This document shows, piece by piece, positions 13,481-25,969 of a stretch of DNA of 64,000 bases. Source of the stretch: Vicugna vicugna (Eukaryota); contig MU058584.1 of the NCBI GenBank assembly GCA_013265495.1, forward strand, positions 3,786,508 through 3,850,507, in the 5' to 3' direction. A program made the position numbers and the translations under genes. The first letter of the stretch is position 1. Each line of letters starts with the position of its first letter. The notes under the pieces were generated by a model that was given only the letters and a program-made list of their open reading frames with translations, was not told where the DNA came from and searched no databases.

Positions 13481-13556
13481 AAGCTAAGGGTTAAGAGCTC
13501 AGGATTCTCTCGTTTCAGCTCTTCTGATCAGGAACAAAGTTCAAACGCACCCACTG
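13481..13556 (+). CDS. MAEL: MAEL exon 11: KLRVKSSGFSRFSSSDQEQSSNAPT(G)
   Basis: ttacag|AAGCTA...ACTG|gtaagc, 76 bp. Confidence 0.94.
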
Positions 13557-14078
13557 GTAAGCATCTTATATTTAATAAGAATGCACCTCAAAGAGTTTAG
13601 GGTCTTTTGACAATCCCAGGGTACGGTACTTAAACAGATTCTCTAAACTGGCTTTGGAACTTAAGGATCTTGTTGACTTGGGAGTTTCACTTGGCATAAA
13701 CACCTTAAACAACTTGGATATGTACATTTTTGTATCACCTCGATATAATTTAACTTACTCTTCAGACTTCTCTTCAGGGCATTTAAAATAAAACTTGTTA
13801 CTTTTATGGCAGCTATAGTTTTATAGTTTTGATGGGAAAATTTTAAAAATGTGAAATTTCAGGTGGTCCCTGAAGAACCTCAGCTAAGGTTTCCAGGACT
13901 AAAAACAAAAAAATATTCGTGTTGAACCTTTCCACCTTTACTCTAAGAATTACCTCCCCTGTTGATGACCTGTTTAATCGTGGCTTAGTGAAAGCCTGCA
14001 GCAGGATGAGTCAGTTGAAGGACCTCTTTATCACACAACTGTAAAATTGCCGCATTTCTCATATTTTCAATATCCCAG

Positions 14079-14266
14079 GTGACTGCCCATCTGGGGTGAA
14101 AGCTTCTGGCCAAAACAGCAGTGTTCGGGGAAGAGGGATTACCCGCTTACTAGAGAGCATCTCCAATTCCTCCAGCAATATCCACAAACTCTCCAGCTGC
14201 GAGACTTCTGTCTCACCTCACATGTCCCAAAAAGATGGATACAAATCTTTCTCTTCCTTATCTTAA
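14079..14266 (+). CDS. MAEL: MAEL last coding exon: DCPSGVKASGQNSSVRGRGITRLLESISNSSSNIHKLSSCETSVSPHMSQKDGYKSFSSLS*
   Basis: tcccag|GTGAC...TCTTAA, with TAA at 14264-14266. The eight exons total 824 nt with no internal stop. Confidence 0.96.
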
Positions 14267-14588
14267 TGATGGTACTTTTTTCAATTTCTGGAAAAATAAC
14301 GGCCCAACTTCCCTTCTGACTACAGTCATATTAAACAGATCACATCAATGATAAATGTCACTATTATAAAAGCCACTTAATTTGTAAGGAAATTCTGTTT
14401 CATAGATTAAAAATAATTGTGGTTGGAGAAGATCTTGGCATTTTTGCTTTTTTTTTTCTTGAGGGCTTATTCTACTCCTGACTGTATAATGGGAATGCAA
14501 TTAAAGTTTTGAGTCCTATAAGAATTAAACTGACATTTTCAGAGTTGTGCTTTTGGGAATGTTATATTTTGATAATCTTTTCCTCCAC

Positions 14589-14594
14589 AATAAA
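14589..14594 (+). terminator. MAEL: Likely main MAEL polyadenylation signal (AATAAA)
   Basis: First AATAAA after the stop, about 320 nt into an AT-rich 3'UTR. Confidence 0.7.
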
Positions 14595-15479
14595 GGTATT
14601 GAATATCTGTTATGAAAGGTTTTAAAATAGTTCTAATGTATTACTTTCCATTATGAAATGTGGAACTGTACCCTTGAGACCTGCAGCTTTTTTCATTGCA
14701 GCTATTGAAGAAAATTAGCTTTAACAAAAATAAAGTTTTGCTACTTAAAGTCTTTGAATATGCTGACTTTGGCAAAAGTCATTTGAAGGATAAGTCAAAA
14801 TGAGATTATGTAATTTCCCCCAAATCACATGGCTAGGTAGTGACTAGATTCCAGGTCCACTTGACCACAGAGCTCTTTGCATTATACCAAGCAGATATAT
14901 ATTGAGTCAAGTATTAGCCCTGTTTATGCCTGACTTAAACTGGCTCATATTCTCCACTTAGGCTGTTACATAGCCCTGGAGTAGGGAAAGATGTAGTAAC
15001 CTTTTACTTGGAACCACAGCCAAGACCACACACACACATGGCAGTGGTAGAGACAGCATTCTGAGTTAGGTCTGTTTGACCCAAAACCCTGGAGTGTAGG
15101 GAATCACGTAGTGTCTGTCATGAGACTCTGGTTTTCTTAATACCCATATTCTTCTTTATTAATTATTGTTACCTACTTAGTGAAATCCTTAATAACCACT
15201 CTGAGGAAGGAGTGCTACTTGAGTTCATGATATACCTTCTTTCCTCAGTTAACAGACTGTGAGGTGCCCATATTTCTCTATGAAAAAAGTATTCAGTAAA
15301 TGTTAGAATGAGTAATTGCCATTGCAAGTAATAGAGATGCCAGAATTTTAAATCCTCATCAAATGGTAAAGTATTCCATCAGTAAAGGAGCCACTGTAAA
15401 TTGATAGTAAAAAAAAAAAAAACCTGTGTTATAATTCTATTAAATACTACATATTCTGTTAGGGGAGAACACATAGCTT

Positions 15480-17590
15480 TAAATAATATATTAGAAGAAA
15501 AGGGCTAAAAATGAAGCAACTAAATATTCAGGAAGTTAGAATAAACCCATGAAAAGTAGAAGTAAGGAGAAAATAAAGAGTAAACATCAATGAAATAGAA
15601 AACAAAAATACAATAGTGAGCTTCAACAAAGCCCAGGCAGGCTCTTTGAAAAGATTATTAATACAGACTTACAATTCTGATGAGAAGAAGCAGGCAAAAA
15701 AGAAGGCACAAACAATATTAGGAACATAAAGGGAGGCCTAAATCCAGACCAGCAGAAGCTAAAAGACATGAAATGATACTGGAAATATTCTATACCAAGA
15801 AATTTGAAAATCTAGATGAACTAAAAAACAAATTCCTAGGAAGATGTAATTCAGCAGAAGTGCCTTAAGAGGACCTAGAAAGCCTACCATCTCCGGTAGC
15901 GGGAAAAACTGAAACATTAATTTAAAACATTCTTGAGAATAAAATGCAGGGCCACATGGTTGAACATGTGAATTCTACTAAACTTTCAAGGAATGTATCA
16001 TTCCAAATGTATTTTTAAAACAAAAACAGTCTGTGTCCAAGTTGGGTTTATTCAGGAGAGCACAAGTGGTTTAGCAGAGGGGAGGGTGTGGCCCAGTGGT
16101 AGAGTACATGCCTAGCATGCACGAGGTCCTGGGTTCAAGCCCCAGTACCTCCATTATATGAACAGATGAATATCTTAATTATCTCCCCCCAAAAAAATTA
16201 ATTTTAAAAATAATAAATTTAAAAAGTGATTTAGCATTAGAAAAATCTATGAATGTCATTCATCACATTAATAGGTTCAAAGAAGAAAAGCATATTATCA
16301 TTAGAACAGATGGAGAACGAAGCATTTGACAAAATTCAACACCCATTCATGGTAAAAACTCAAGCAAGCAAACTAGAAATAGAATTTAGAACTTCCTTAG
16401 CCTGATGAAAAACATCTGCAAAACTACAGTGAATATTATTCTTAATGGAGAAACTTTAAAAAGTGTTTCCTTTAAAATGGGGAAGAAGACAAAAAAAAAG
16501 TCCTCCATTACTGCTTCTATTCAGCATTGCACTGGAGTTCCTAGCAAGCACAATATAAGAAAGAAAATAAAAGGGCAAGATATGGAAAGGAATAAATAAA
16601 ATTGTCATTCGCAGATATGATTGCATAAAAGCTCAAAGGAATCTACAGATAAAAAGTAGAAATAATACAAATTTAGCTGGCTATAAGGTCAATATAAATT
16701 ATCAAATACATTTCTGTACATCGGCAATAGTTTCGAAAACATTTTTTTAAAGGAAGAGGGAAAAAGCATTTACAATAGCACAGAACTGTGAGGTACCTAA
16801 GAATAAATCTGACCAAAAAACTTATGAGACCTATATGCAGAAAGTAATAAAACTTCAGTGGAAAATGTGAGACCTAAATAGAGTTCCTAGAATACTGAGA
16901 TAACAGTTTTTCTATCTATAAAAAGACTCAGTATTAAAAAGATTTTCATTCTCCCTGGACTGATCTGTAGATTAATGCAATTTCAATTAAAATCCCCATC
17001 CTTGTTTTTGTGGGACTTCACGTGCTAATTCTAGGAAGATAGAGACAAAGAAAACGCCGGAGACACCTACAGAAGAAGAACACTGTAAGAGGGATGGGAC
17101 TTACTCTGCCAGGTCTTTAATTTATTATGAAGCTTATTATTAATGATAATTCAGATTGTGAGATACTAAAGTAAGGATAGCCAATTAACGAATGGTACAG
17201 AATCAGAAGACCCATGCATTTATGAACCCAATACATGACCAAGGTAACATTTCAGACCTCTGGGACTATTTAGAAAATAGTTCAGAAACAATAAACTGAT
17301 AAATGCACAAAGGAAAAAAGTTGAAATTAGTTCCCCACCTTATTCATAAAAAGTAATTCCACTTGATCTAAGGATTTAAATATGAAAAGGAAACTTTTTA
17401 TACTTTAGAAGGAAAATGTATAATAATACCTTTGAAGTTATAAGGATTTTTAAACACATAATATAAAAAGTTGACTATAAAAGAAACTTGCTAGATGTGG
17501 CTATATTAATTTTAAGAAATTGTGTTCATTAAAATAAAAAAACACAGAATGTGAAAAGACAAGCCACAAACTGAAAATTGTAAGCACAGA
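15480..17590 (+). mobile_element. Old L1 ORF2 fragment, interrupted by a SINE
   Basis: A-rich L1 ORF2 text (gcatttgacaaaattcaacacccattcatggtaaaaact) with stops and frameshifts. Confidence 0.85.
16077..16223 (+). mobile_element. Camelid-type tRNA-derived SINE
   Basis: ggggagggtgtggcccagtggtagag...gtcctgggttcaagccccagtacctcc plus A-rich tail. TSD aagtg(g/a)tttagca at 16064-16076 and 16224-16236. Confidence 0.9.
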
Positions 17591-18559
17591 ATCCAGATAG
17601 CAATTGCTTCTGGGGACTGAGAGTGAGAAAGCAGCGGCATGTATGTGTCAAATACTACATTTAAAGGGACAGTAAAGAGCAGATTTTAATAGAGGCTTTT
17701 TGGTGACTAAAGCAATAAACACTGAAATAGCAAGTTTCTTTCTCTCAAGTTATGATATCTCAATCTTTCTTTAAGACAGTTTATACTAGTTGATACGGAA
17801 AGGGCTAGAGTTAACTACCTGAGACTTTTCTTCTATTGTGGAATACTTAGCTTTAGGGAAAAAACAAAACAAAATTTTCAGCCCAGCCCCAGTTGGATGC
17901 CACCTTGGGAATTTATTCACCCACCGCATCACAGTTTGAGGAATCTAAAAAGTCCATTTCTCCATTTGAGATGACAGGCAAAGATGGCAATTTAAATGAA
18001 TTTGGCTTCCCGGGAGCTGAGAGGCAAGTCTGCCAGCAGAGTCCAAAGAGCATCTACCAATGTACTAGAATTTGCTAAAAATAACACACATTTTCTCTCT
18101 CCTGCTGGCACACAATAGTGTTAAACACAACTACTTTCAACACCGGAACAGCTCACAAAGGAGGGTGATGAGCGCTTAAAAAGGCTCTTAACTAGGAACA
18201 TTAGACCCCTGACTTTTACCAGATGATATCAGCGCTCTATCCAAACTCTTCAAATTTTCAGGAACCTGCTTTTAACCAGAAAAAAACTTGCTGGAGACCA
18301 AAGTGCTGCCAGTCACGACTTGAACTTGGAGATTAGTGTATTCATTCCAGTTCCGTTTAAGTATATTAAAAAAAAAAATTCAAGCATACTCCTGCCTAAA
18401 TTTCCACCAGCCTTGTCTTTCTAGCCAAACTAGAACGTAATCTCATCCCTGCCTCTCTTAGGACACCCAACACTCTCTATCTTGTAGTAAAGTGGTGTAT
18501 GTACATTTTGTCTCCTCAACTTCAGGATAAAAAGACATTCTTTTTTGTTATTATCACTA

Positions 18560-19880
18560 CTATTTTTTGGAGGAGGTACTATACTTGCGTACCAATTCAG
18601 AAGATACAAAGGATACATGGTAATCCCTACGCATGGCGTGCGTGACACCGCTGTTCCCCACGTACCCGGTGCTTTTCCCCAGGGGCAACCAATGTTGCCA
18701 GTTTCTTGGGTGCCCTTCCAAACAACTTTACATCTTACAGAAACATACCAAACGTGCATGCATTCATACAGTCTTTAACCGCTGTTTCAAAACTAGAAAT
18801 GATCACATACTGTCCTGCATCTTTTTTTTTCCCCACTTGATGTATCTTGGAACACTTTCCATATCATTCTAGAGTTTCCTCATGTTTTTTAACAGGTGCC
18901 TGTATTTACACGTCCATGTAGCAACACAATATCCTGTATGGTGTGGCTTATCCGTGTTCAGGTTCAGTTAAGTTGCTTCTTACCTTTTCTACAAAAGCTG
19001 CAGTGAATATCCTTGTACGTTCATGTGTGATTTTGCACATATTCAAGTACATAAGTGTGCCTGTTTCCCCACACTCTCACCACATATTATGTTACCAAAC
19101 TTGGATTTTCTCCAGTGTAGTAGTTAAAAATGGGATTGCAGCATAATTTAAATTCCATTTCTCTTACTATGAGTGAGGCTGAGGATATTTTATATGCTTA
19201 AGAGCAATTTATATTTCCTTTTCCTTTAACCAAGTGCTCCTGTCCTTTGTCCACTATGCTATTGAGGTATTTTTATAATGATTCCTCAGAAGCCCTTTAT
19301 CCATGACACGAGCTGCAAATATTTTATCAGAGCTTGTTGCATATCTTTTATCTTTACTAATTGTTTTTGCCAAGCTAAAATTTTTATCTTTAGGTTGATC
19401 AAATTTATCCATCTTTTATGTTTGGGAATTTATATACATTTAGAAATGCCTGCCCCATGCTGAGAAGAAAAGTAAATGTATATATACCATGCTTACTTCT
19501 CAGACTTCAAGATTAATATTGTTTGATATTTTAATTTTTGATCCATCTGAATCGTATTCTGATGACAGCGTGAGACAGGGACTCAGATTGTATTTTTTTC
19601 CCAGATGGTTAACTAGTTTCTCCACATCATTCATTAATTCATATTTCTACACTAATTTTTCTACACTATTGTAATTTTTCATATCATAAATTCCTAGGTA
19701 TGTTTAGGTCTAATTCCTGACTTTCTGTTCTACTCTATTCATGTCTTCTTCTGCCCTGTTTTACTTTAAGCTTTATAACAAGTTTTTAACACCTGGTATG
19801 GCAAAGGAAGAGCTTCATTCATGTTTTAACCCAACCTCTACCCTTCATCAAGGTCAAATTTTTTCATTTCATTTGTCTAC
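18560..19880 (-). mobile_element. L1ME-like fragment, antisense
   Basis: Typical old L1 3'/ORF2 antisense text. Confidence 0.65.
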
Positions 19881-20057
19881 ATATTAATTAATTCATTTAC
19901 TTACTATTCAAACATTAAATGCCTTATAAATATCTGGCACTATACCAGGTGCGGGAGAGAAAGATGAGCAGCAGTCCCTACTCTTAGGGAGTTCACGGAG
20001 AAATGAATGTGTAGATGGTACCCAACCAATGTTCAATGAACATCAAATATCCATAGT

Positions 20058-20250
20058 GTTAGTGATCCAGAGTGAGAGCCCTGAGGCAGATAGTCTCCAT
20101 TCAAATCTGACCTCCACCTTTTCTGGCTGTATGGCCTTGGGCAAATTATTTAACTCTCGTCTAAAAGTGCTGATAATAACACCTTATAGGGTTGTTATGA
20201 GGACTAAAAGAGTTAACATACTTAGAAGATTCTTGGCGCCTTGTAAATTC
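20058..20250 (+). mobile_element. MIR SINE
   Basis: ggccttgggcaaattatttaactctc...cttatagggttgttatgaggactaaa. Confidence 0.7.
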
Positions 20251-20259
20251 TAGGTAAGA

Positions 20260-21170
20260 CAACCTCACCCTGATCTCCCAGGCCTTCAGAGGTCTCTGAA
20301 TGCTCTGATAAGATGACTTCTCCCTGGCCTGCTCATCCCTGGTTGTCAGGAATGTCATCGTGGCCCAAGAACCTGCCACTCCCTCACGCCCGTCTTCACG
20401 ACCATCTGCCATGAGACGACTGGACCTGTCTCATTGCCGGTTATTCCTGATTACATCAGCCACCTCCCACCCCCATCCCCAACCCTGTCCCCAAACAGCA
20501 GACTCTTCAGTCACCCCTCTTCCGCCACACTAGAATCCCCATACAGCTCTGCCCATTTCTTTCTGTCCCCATCTCCCAGCTGGCCCCGTCTCTTAAAGTC
20601 CTCCCACTGGGCCCTCTGGAGCTTGAGGGCAGTGGTGGATGCCTGTCCCTTACACACCTTGTCGGAGCAGTCCTTCCCCTTCAGGTTATTCCCCTCCACT
20701 GCTGGCTGCTTCTCTTACCCCCAGGCCTCGAGGTGAGGTGGGTGCCCCCTGGCTCCTCATTGCTCCTTAAATACCATTTCCCACCTCCCCCTCCTCTTCC
20801 CTAAAACCTAAACCCTAAGAATCTCCAGGCTTGAGCGTCCCCTGGATAGACTGTCACCCACTACCCCTCCTTGTTGCTGTCATCTGCCCCAACAGAGCCC
20901 TCCCACTCATTCTCTGACCATTTTAGCTCTGGGCTCACCGTCGCACTCTCCAGGGCTACTTCTGCCATGGTTCCTGGTGGCTTCGGTCTCCATGGAGATG
21001 ATCTTTTCAAGTCCTGATGTCTCAGTTCTTTGACATCCTCTCACCAGTGAACTCGTCCTTTATCCCTCTTTGACTACCACTGTCCTAGTCATTAGCCAGG
21101 TCCTTATTATTACCAATAACACAACCCCACCACACATTCTATGAGTTCTACGCTCTACTCACCACCTCAC
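20260..21170 (+). mobile_element. L2 LINE fragment
   Basis: CT-rich L2-like text. Confidence 0.55.
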
Positions 21171-21192
21171 GTTGTATGTGTGAGTGTGTGTG

Positions 21193-21194
<2 letters not shown>

Positions 21195-21230
<36 letters not shown>
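21195..21230. repeat. (GT)18 microsatellite
   Basis: Read directly. Confidence 0.95.
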
Positions 21231-21232
<2 letters not shown>

Positions 21233-21480
21233 GGTTTTTTGGGGGCAATACATCGTGCAAGTTGCTGGACATCATTGCTGGGGAAATTAAGTGCTGCCTG
21301 TATGACCTCCCTGGGAGGGGACAGCTGTGAGTTTGTCCTTTACATGCCGTTTTTCATTGCTGATTTTAGTCTGTATTGTTTCATTGTAATAAACTGTAAT
21401 TGAGAGTACAACAATTTTGCTGAGTTCTGTTGAGTCCTTTTAGAGAATCATTGAACCTGGTTGGTTTTGGGATCCCAGAC
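21231..21480 (+). mobile_element. MER21-like LTR fragment
   Basis: gtaataaactgtaattgagagtacaac...gagttctgttgagtcctt...atcattgaacctg. Confidence 0.55.
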
Positions 21481-21846
21481 TACAGTCAGACTACAACTCA
21501 TCACTAGATAGAACAAAAAAAAATGTATCTTTAAGATCTAAATACCTCATGATTCATACTGATATTCCAAATGAAGTACAGGTCTACTGGCTCTTACTTA
21601 AACTCATTCATCTTGCATTTGTATCTCCTTTCAACCAAGCCAAAACTAGGTGGTTCTCAATGATACCAAAAAATCATTTCTCTTTAATCAACACAGCAAT
21701 CTCAGAATAGCAACACCAAACCTACCACCAATATGACTACTGAGAATGACTTAAGGGTTTTGTTTGTTTGTTTTGCTGTTATTTTTGTCCTTAGGGTTGA
21801 TCTCAGTGGAAATATATGATCAAATTACTGTTTTTAAAGTCATTTA

Positions 21847-22043
21847 TAGATAAACAATAAGTTTACGCTGTATAGCACAGGGAACTATATTCAATATCTT
21901 GTAGTAACTTATGGTGAAAAAGAATATGAAAAGAATATATGTATGTTCATGTATGACTGAAGCATTGTGCTGTATGCCAGAAATTGACACAACATCGTAA
22001 AGTGACCATACTTCAAAAAATATATATATACAAAAAATAAAAT
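21847..22043 (+). mobile_element. 5'-truncated artiodactyl/camelid L1 3' end
   Basis: ctgtatagcacagggaactatattcaatatcttgtagtaac. TSD aaagtcattta at 21836-21846 and 22044-22054. Confidence 0.9.
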
Positions 22044-22199
22044 AAAGTCATTTAAAATAACTTCTTTCTGAGCAATTATGCTGTTAACTGGATACACATA
22101 TAAATATTTTATTTTTGACTTTTAGGAATTATGTTTTTATTTAAAATATTTTTATTTTTAAAAAATTTTTTAAATGTTTATGTTTCTAAAGACAAATCT

Positions 22200-23030
22200 T
22201 TAGAATATTCAAAAATTCTCTCTCTCCCCTTTTATATTTAACCATTTAAAGTTTATTATTCTTTTATTGGTTTTTATTACATGAACAAACACATACATGG
22301 GTATCTATATACCAGTTATATATCTAAGTAGATGTATAGATGTAGATATAGATGTATTCACATCTTCCCTTTCTTATGTAAATGGTAGCTTACTGTATGT
22401 GTTCTTCACTTTGCTGTTTCCGCTTAACGATAGACCCTAGAGATCACTGCATGGTAGCATTCCCTTTTACACTGTATTGTGTTTCGCTGTGCAGCTGAAG
22501 CTGTTTATTTAACTGTTTTCCTCTTGATTCAGCTTCTTGCCAGGCTTTTGTTGTTGCAAATAGTGCTGTACGAGTGCCCTGTTCACACGCGTTGCCATAT
22601 TTTTCTTAGTATGTTTTCAAGACAGTGTTGTAAAATCTAGATTCTTAAAATAGAAATTTCCAGTGTGATTGCTGAGTCAAATGATAAATGCACATATAAT
22701 TTTACTAAATACTTGCCAACTTCTCCTCCATCAGGGCCATTCGGCCGCTGTTCATTTCTACCAGCTACTGTGCATTCAAGTGCTAGTTTCGCCGTAGCCT
22801 TGCCCGAGAAGCATGTGGCCCAAATTTTGGATTTTTGCTGGTCTTAACAGGTGGGAAATTGTATCTCAGTGTAGTTTTAATTTACATTTATCTTATTATG
22901 AGTGATGCTGAGCATCTTTTCACATGGTTAAGGGTAATTTTCATGCTTTTTCTGAGCATTGTCAGTTTATTTCTCTATGTACCCATCAGACTCTTCTCTA
23001 TATTTCAAATTATTATCTTATCTTTCCGCT
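22200..23030 (-). mobile_element. L1ME-like 3' fragment, antisense
   Basis: tatctcagtgtagttttaatttacatttatcttattatgagtgatgctgagcatcttttcacatg. Confidence 0.7.
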
Positions 23031-25969
23031 AACTAACAGAGCCTCACATTCTAGCAAGAACAATAAACACCAAAGGACCCTCAGGTCCTAGCGTAACCGC
23101 AGTTGGAGAGTGGTACAGGGATCACGGAGAATCACAGACGTGTACGCACATGGGCAAGGGTACAGATATTTTCAAATATTGATTAAGGTTTTGAATTATG
23201 AGCTAAGAAATATTGGATTTCTCAGGCAATTAAGTTAATTTCATTTACTCATTAATTCAATTAATATTTCTTGAGAACATGTTATGTCCAAACACTGAGG
23301 CACTGGAGATACAACAATGAACTTATTCCCCAACCTCAGGGAGCTAATGAAGAAGGGAATGACATTATTCTCCTGATTCAGGCTGAAAGATCACTCCTAA
23401 AAGAATATATCTTCTTTCATGTGAGTTTCCCCATGTTTCCATCTGCAGTATCCACAAACTGGGGATCAGCCCCACTAGTGGGTCAAAAGCAATAGTAAAA
23501 ACCCTAGTTTCTGCCATAGAGATGACTCTCAGTACTGCAGGAGGACCTTCAGCCTCATCTTGTCTCATTTGCTGCTTCTAGTGATGAAGGAAAAAAGATC
23601 TGGAGATCTTACCATAGCTCAAAGCCACACAGAGCCAGGGTCCTAGGTCTTTAGGTCTCACTGGGTTATTTCCATGGCATCAACCTAGTAGAGAAGTTAA
23701 AGGAGGGAAAATAATGCAAATGCAACCACATCCTCTGGTCACCATCTGGTCTAGAGAATAACTCCTGTTAAGGGGGCCTCGGGCAATATTTGGTGGTGGC
23801 GTTGGTTCTGCCAGACTGTTCCCTGGCCCCACCCTTATGTGCTAAATCACAGAGCTTTCCTGGGTGATGGACCTGGTACAAAGGGACTGCAGGATGTTTT
23901 CAGTTTCATGAGGGAGATGGTAAAAGCCAGTTAGAGAAAAGTGGGAGCAGGAAGATACAAGTAACATGCTGAGAGAGGAGGGAGGCTGCTCTGAGCTAAT
24001 TACCCATATAGATTTTTCCTGAAGGGACGGACTAAGGCTCATGATATGTGGGCTTGTACTTAAGCAACTAACATATGGATGTAGGGGTTCTGGATCTCTG
24101 TCTGATAGAGAAGGTTCTGCGACAGGGCCCAGGACTTAAATGGTTGACTAAGGCTTGGGCTCCAGTTCTGTCAATAACCAGCTGCCTGAATCCTCCTCAG
24201 TTCACATCAATCTTCTGAGCCTTGGTTTCTTCATCTGTGAAGTGAGACAGTGTGGCTATCTGCATGGATGTGAGGATGAAAATGGGTCATGTCTCTGAAT
24301 ATGCTTTATAAAGTTCAATGCTTCTTCTATTCCTGAACTGGCTATTCACGAACCCCTGCTGGACCATTTCCCTCCCCGAACACCCTCAAGCATGCATATA
24401 CATACCGCAAGACATTTGAATAGGGAAACTGAGTATTTGTGATTCACCAAGGCTGATTTTTCTAGAAAGTGGCCCAATTAGCGTTTCAGCACGGTCTCTG
24501 AAGCCTGTGCCTGGATGCCAGGCGAGATGAGACACTTTGAATCCACCTCACAAAGCTCCTGCTCCAAGGCAGCTGCTGTGTGTACTCTTCTCAGAGCGAT
24601 ATGAAATAATTGCTGTTGGCACAGTGAGCCCATCTCTCCGGGCAACACAAAAGAAAACGCAAAAGCATCTCCGGTTTTGATTGCCAAGGGGCTGAAAGTA
24701 GCCTAAATTATGAGTCCAGGTGTCTCTCTACAGGAATCCACTTCTGGCTCTCTGAGAAGCTGGCGTCACCTGCCGCTGCACGTGCTTCCTGAGCCCTGCG
24801 CCCCTGCTCCCTGGGAGGTCTGCGGGTCACTGGGTGAGCTCTCAGCCTGGAAGTTTGGAAGGTTCCTTAACCTGGTGGTAGACCAGGCTGACTGGTGTGT
24901 CTCATTACCCCTGGGAACCTGGGAAGTGAACTTGAGGTGGAAACAGATTGGCTTGACTTTCCATGGGTAGCCTTGTTTTGATTCAGGAAAAAAAAAGAAA
25001 AAAAAAACTCATAGAAGATTGTCACAATGAGCAAGCAATGCTCAGTTAAGACTTTCACCTATGCAATACTTCGTGTTGATTTTACGAGGAAAAGGTAAGA
25101 TAGAAACATGGTGGGTTTGTTTAAAAGCCTCTAAAGAGGAAGCTATAGTCTGTTGTCATGTGGACCAGCCTCTCTGGGGTTTTCCTCCATCTTCACTGCA
25201 GGCTTTTCACTTTCATCTCCTTTGCCAGTTCTCTTCCATCATGTGCCCATAAAGATACCCTCAGGACTCGTCCTTGGCTTCTTTCTCACCACACTCCCTC
25301 ACCCACGGCATCTCCTTGGTGTCCATGACTTTACCCCCTCCTGGACGCCTGTGCCCCTTCAAGCACTGAACCAGCCAACACTCTATCCAGAGCTCCAGGC
25401 ACTTAGACCTCACACCTCATAGCTGTTTTCATTATTCTTACTTATTGCTCATCAAACTCATCTTGCTTTCAAAAGGATTTATTAAGGTGGATTACAAAAA
25501 TAGATTAAAAATAAAAGCTAAATAAAGGTAATAAAGGCAAAGTCTATGTGAAGGTAAAAATTAGGACATTTCTTAAAACAATGATGATAAAATAATGGAA
25601 AAAGTTATTTCACAAATCTATTTAGAAAAGTTCTATGTAGTTGCTTGACCTGCATCATAAGTTTGACTTTGAGCTTGCTGTTAACCATTGCAAAGAGGGA
25701 AAAACACAAGTTTATAGTTTATATGTTCAATTAAAACAGTATGTCTATAGCAAATATCTTATTCATGAGTAGCAAAAACCTTCCTAGGAAGCACACCTGA
25801 GAGAAATTTCTCTAGCAGATTCTAATCAATAAGAAATTTGCAGTGTGTGATCAGTACCTTCAAAAACATCCTAAGGGTAATAAATACAAAAATGAGAGAC
25901 CTGATATTGTTTCTAATGATTTCCTACAAGTGTCCAATGAAATAACGTAGTTATGTAAAAGAATCCCAG

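Noticed and set aside
16077-16152. tRNA-like sequence (also at 55550-55609 and 63700-63776)
   Set aside because: These are SINE heads with A-rich tails and TSDs, not tRNA genes.
15480-17590. Possibly active L1
   Set aside because: Fragmentary, with many stops, a SINE interruption and no 5'UTR or ORF1.
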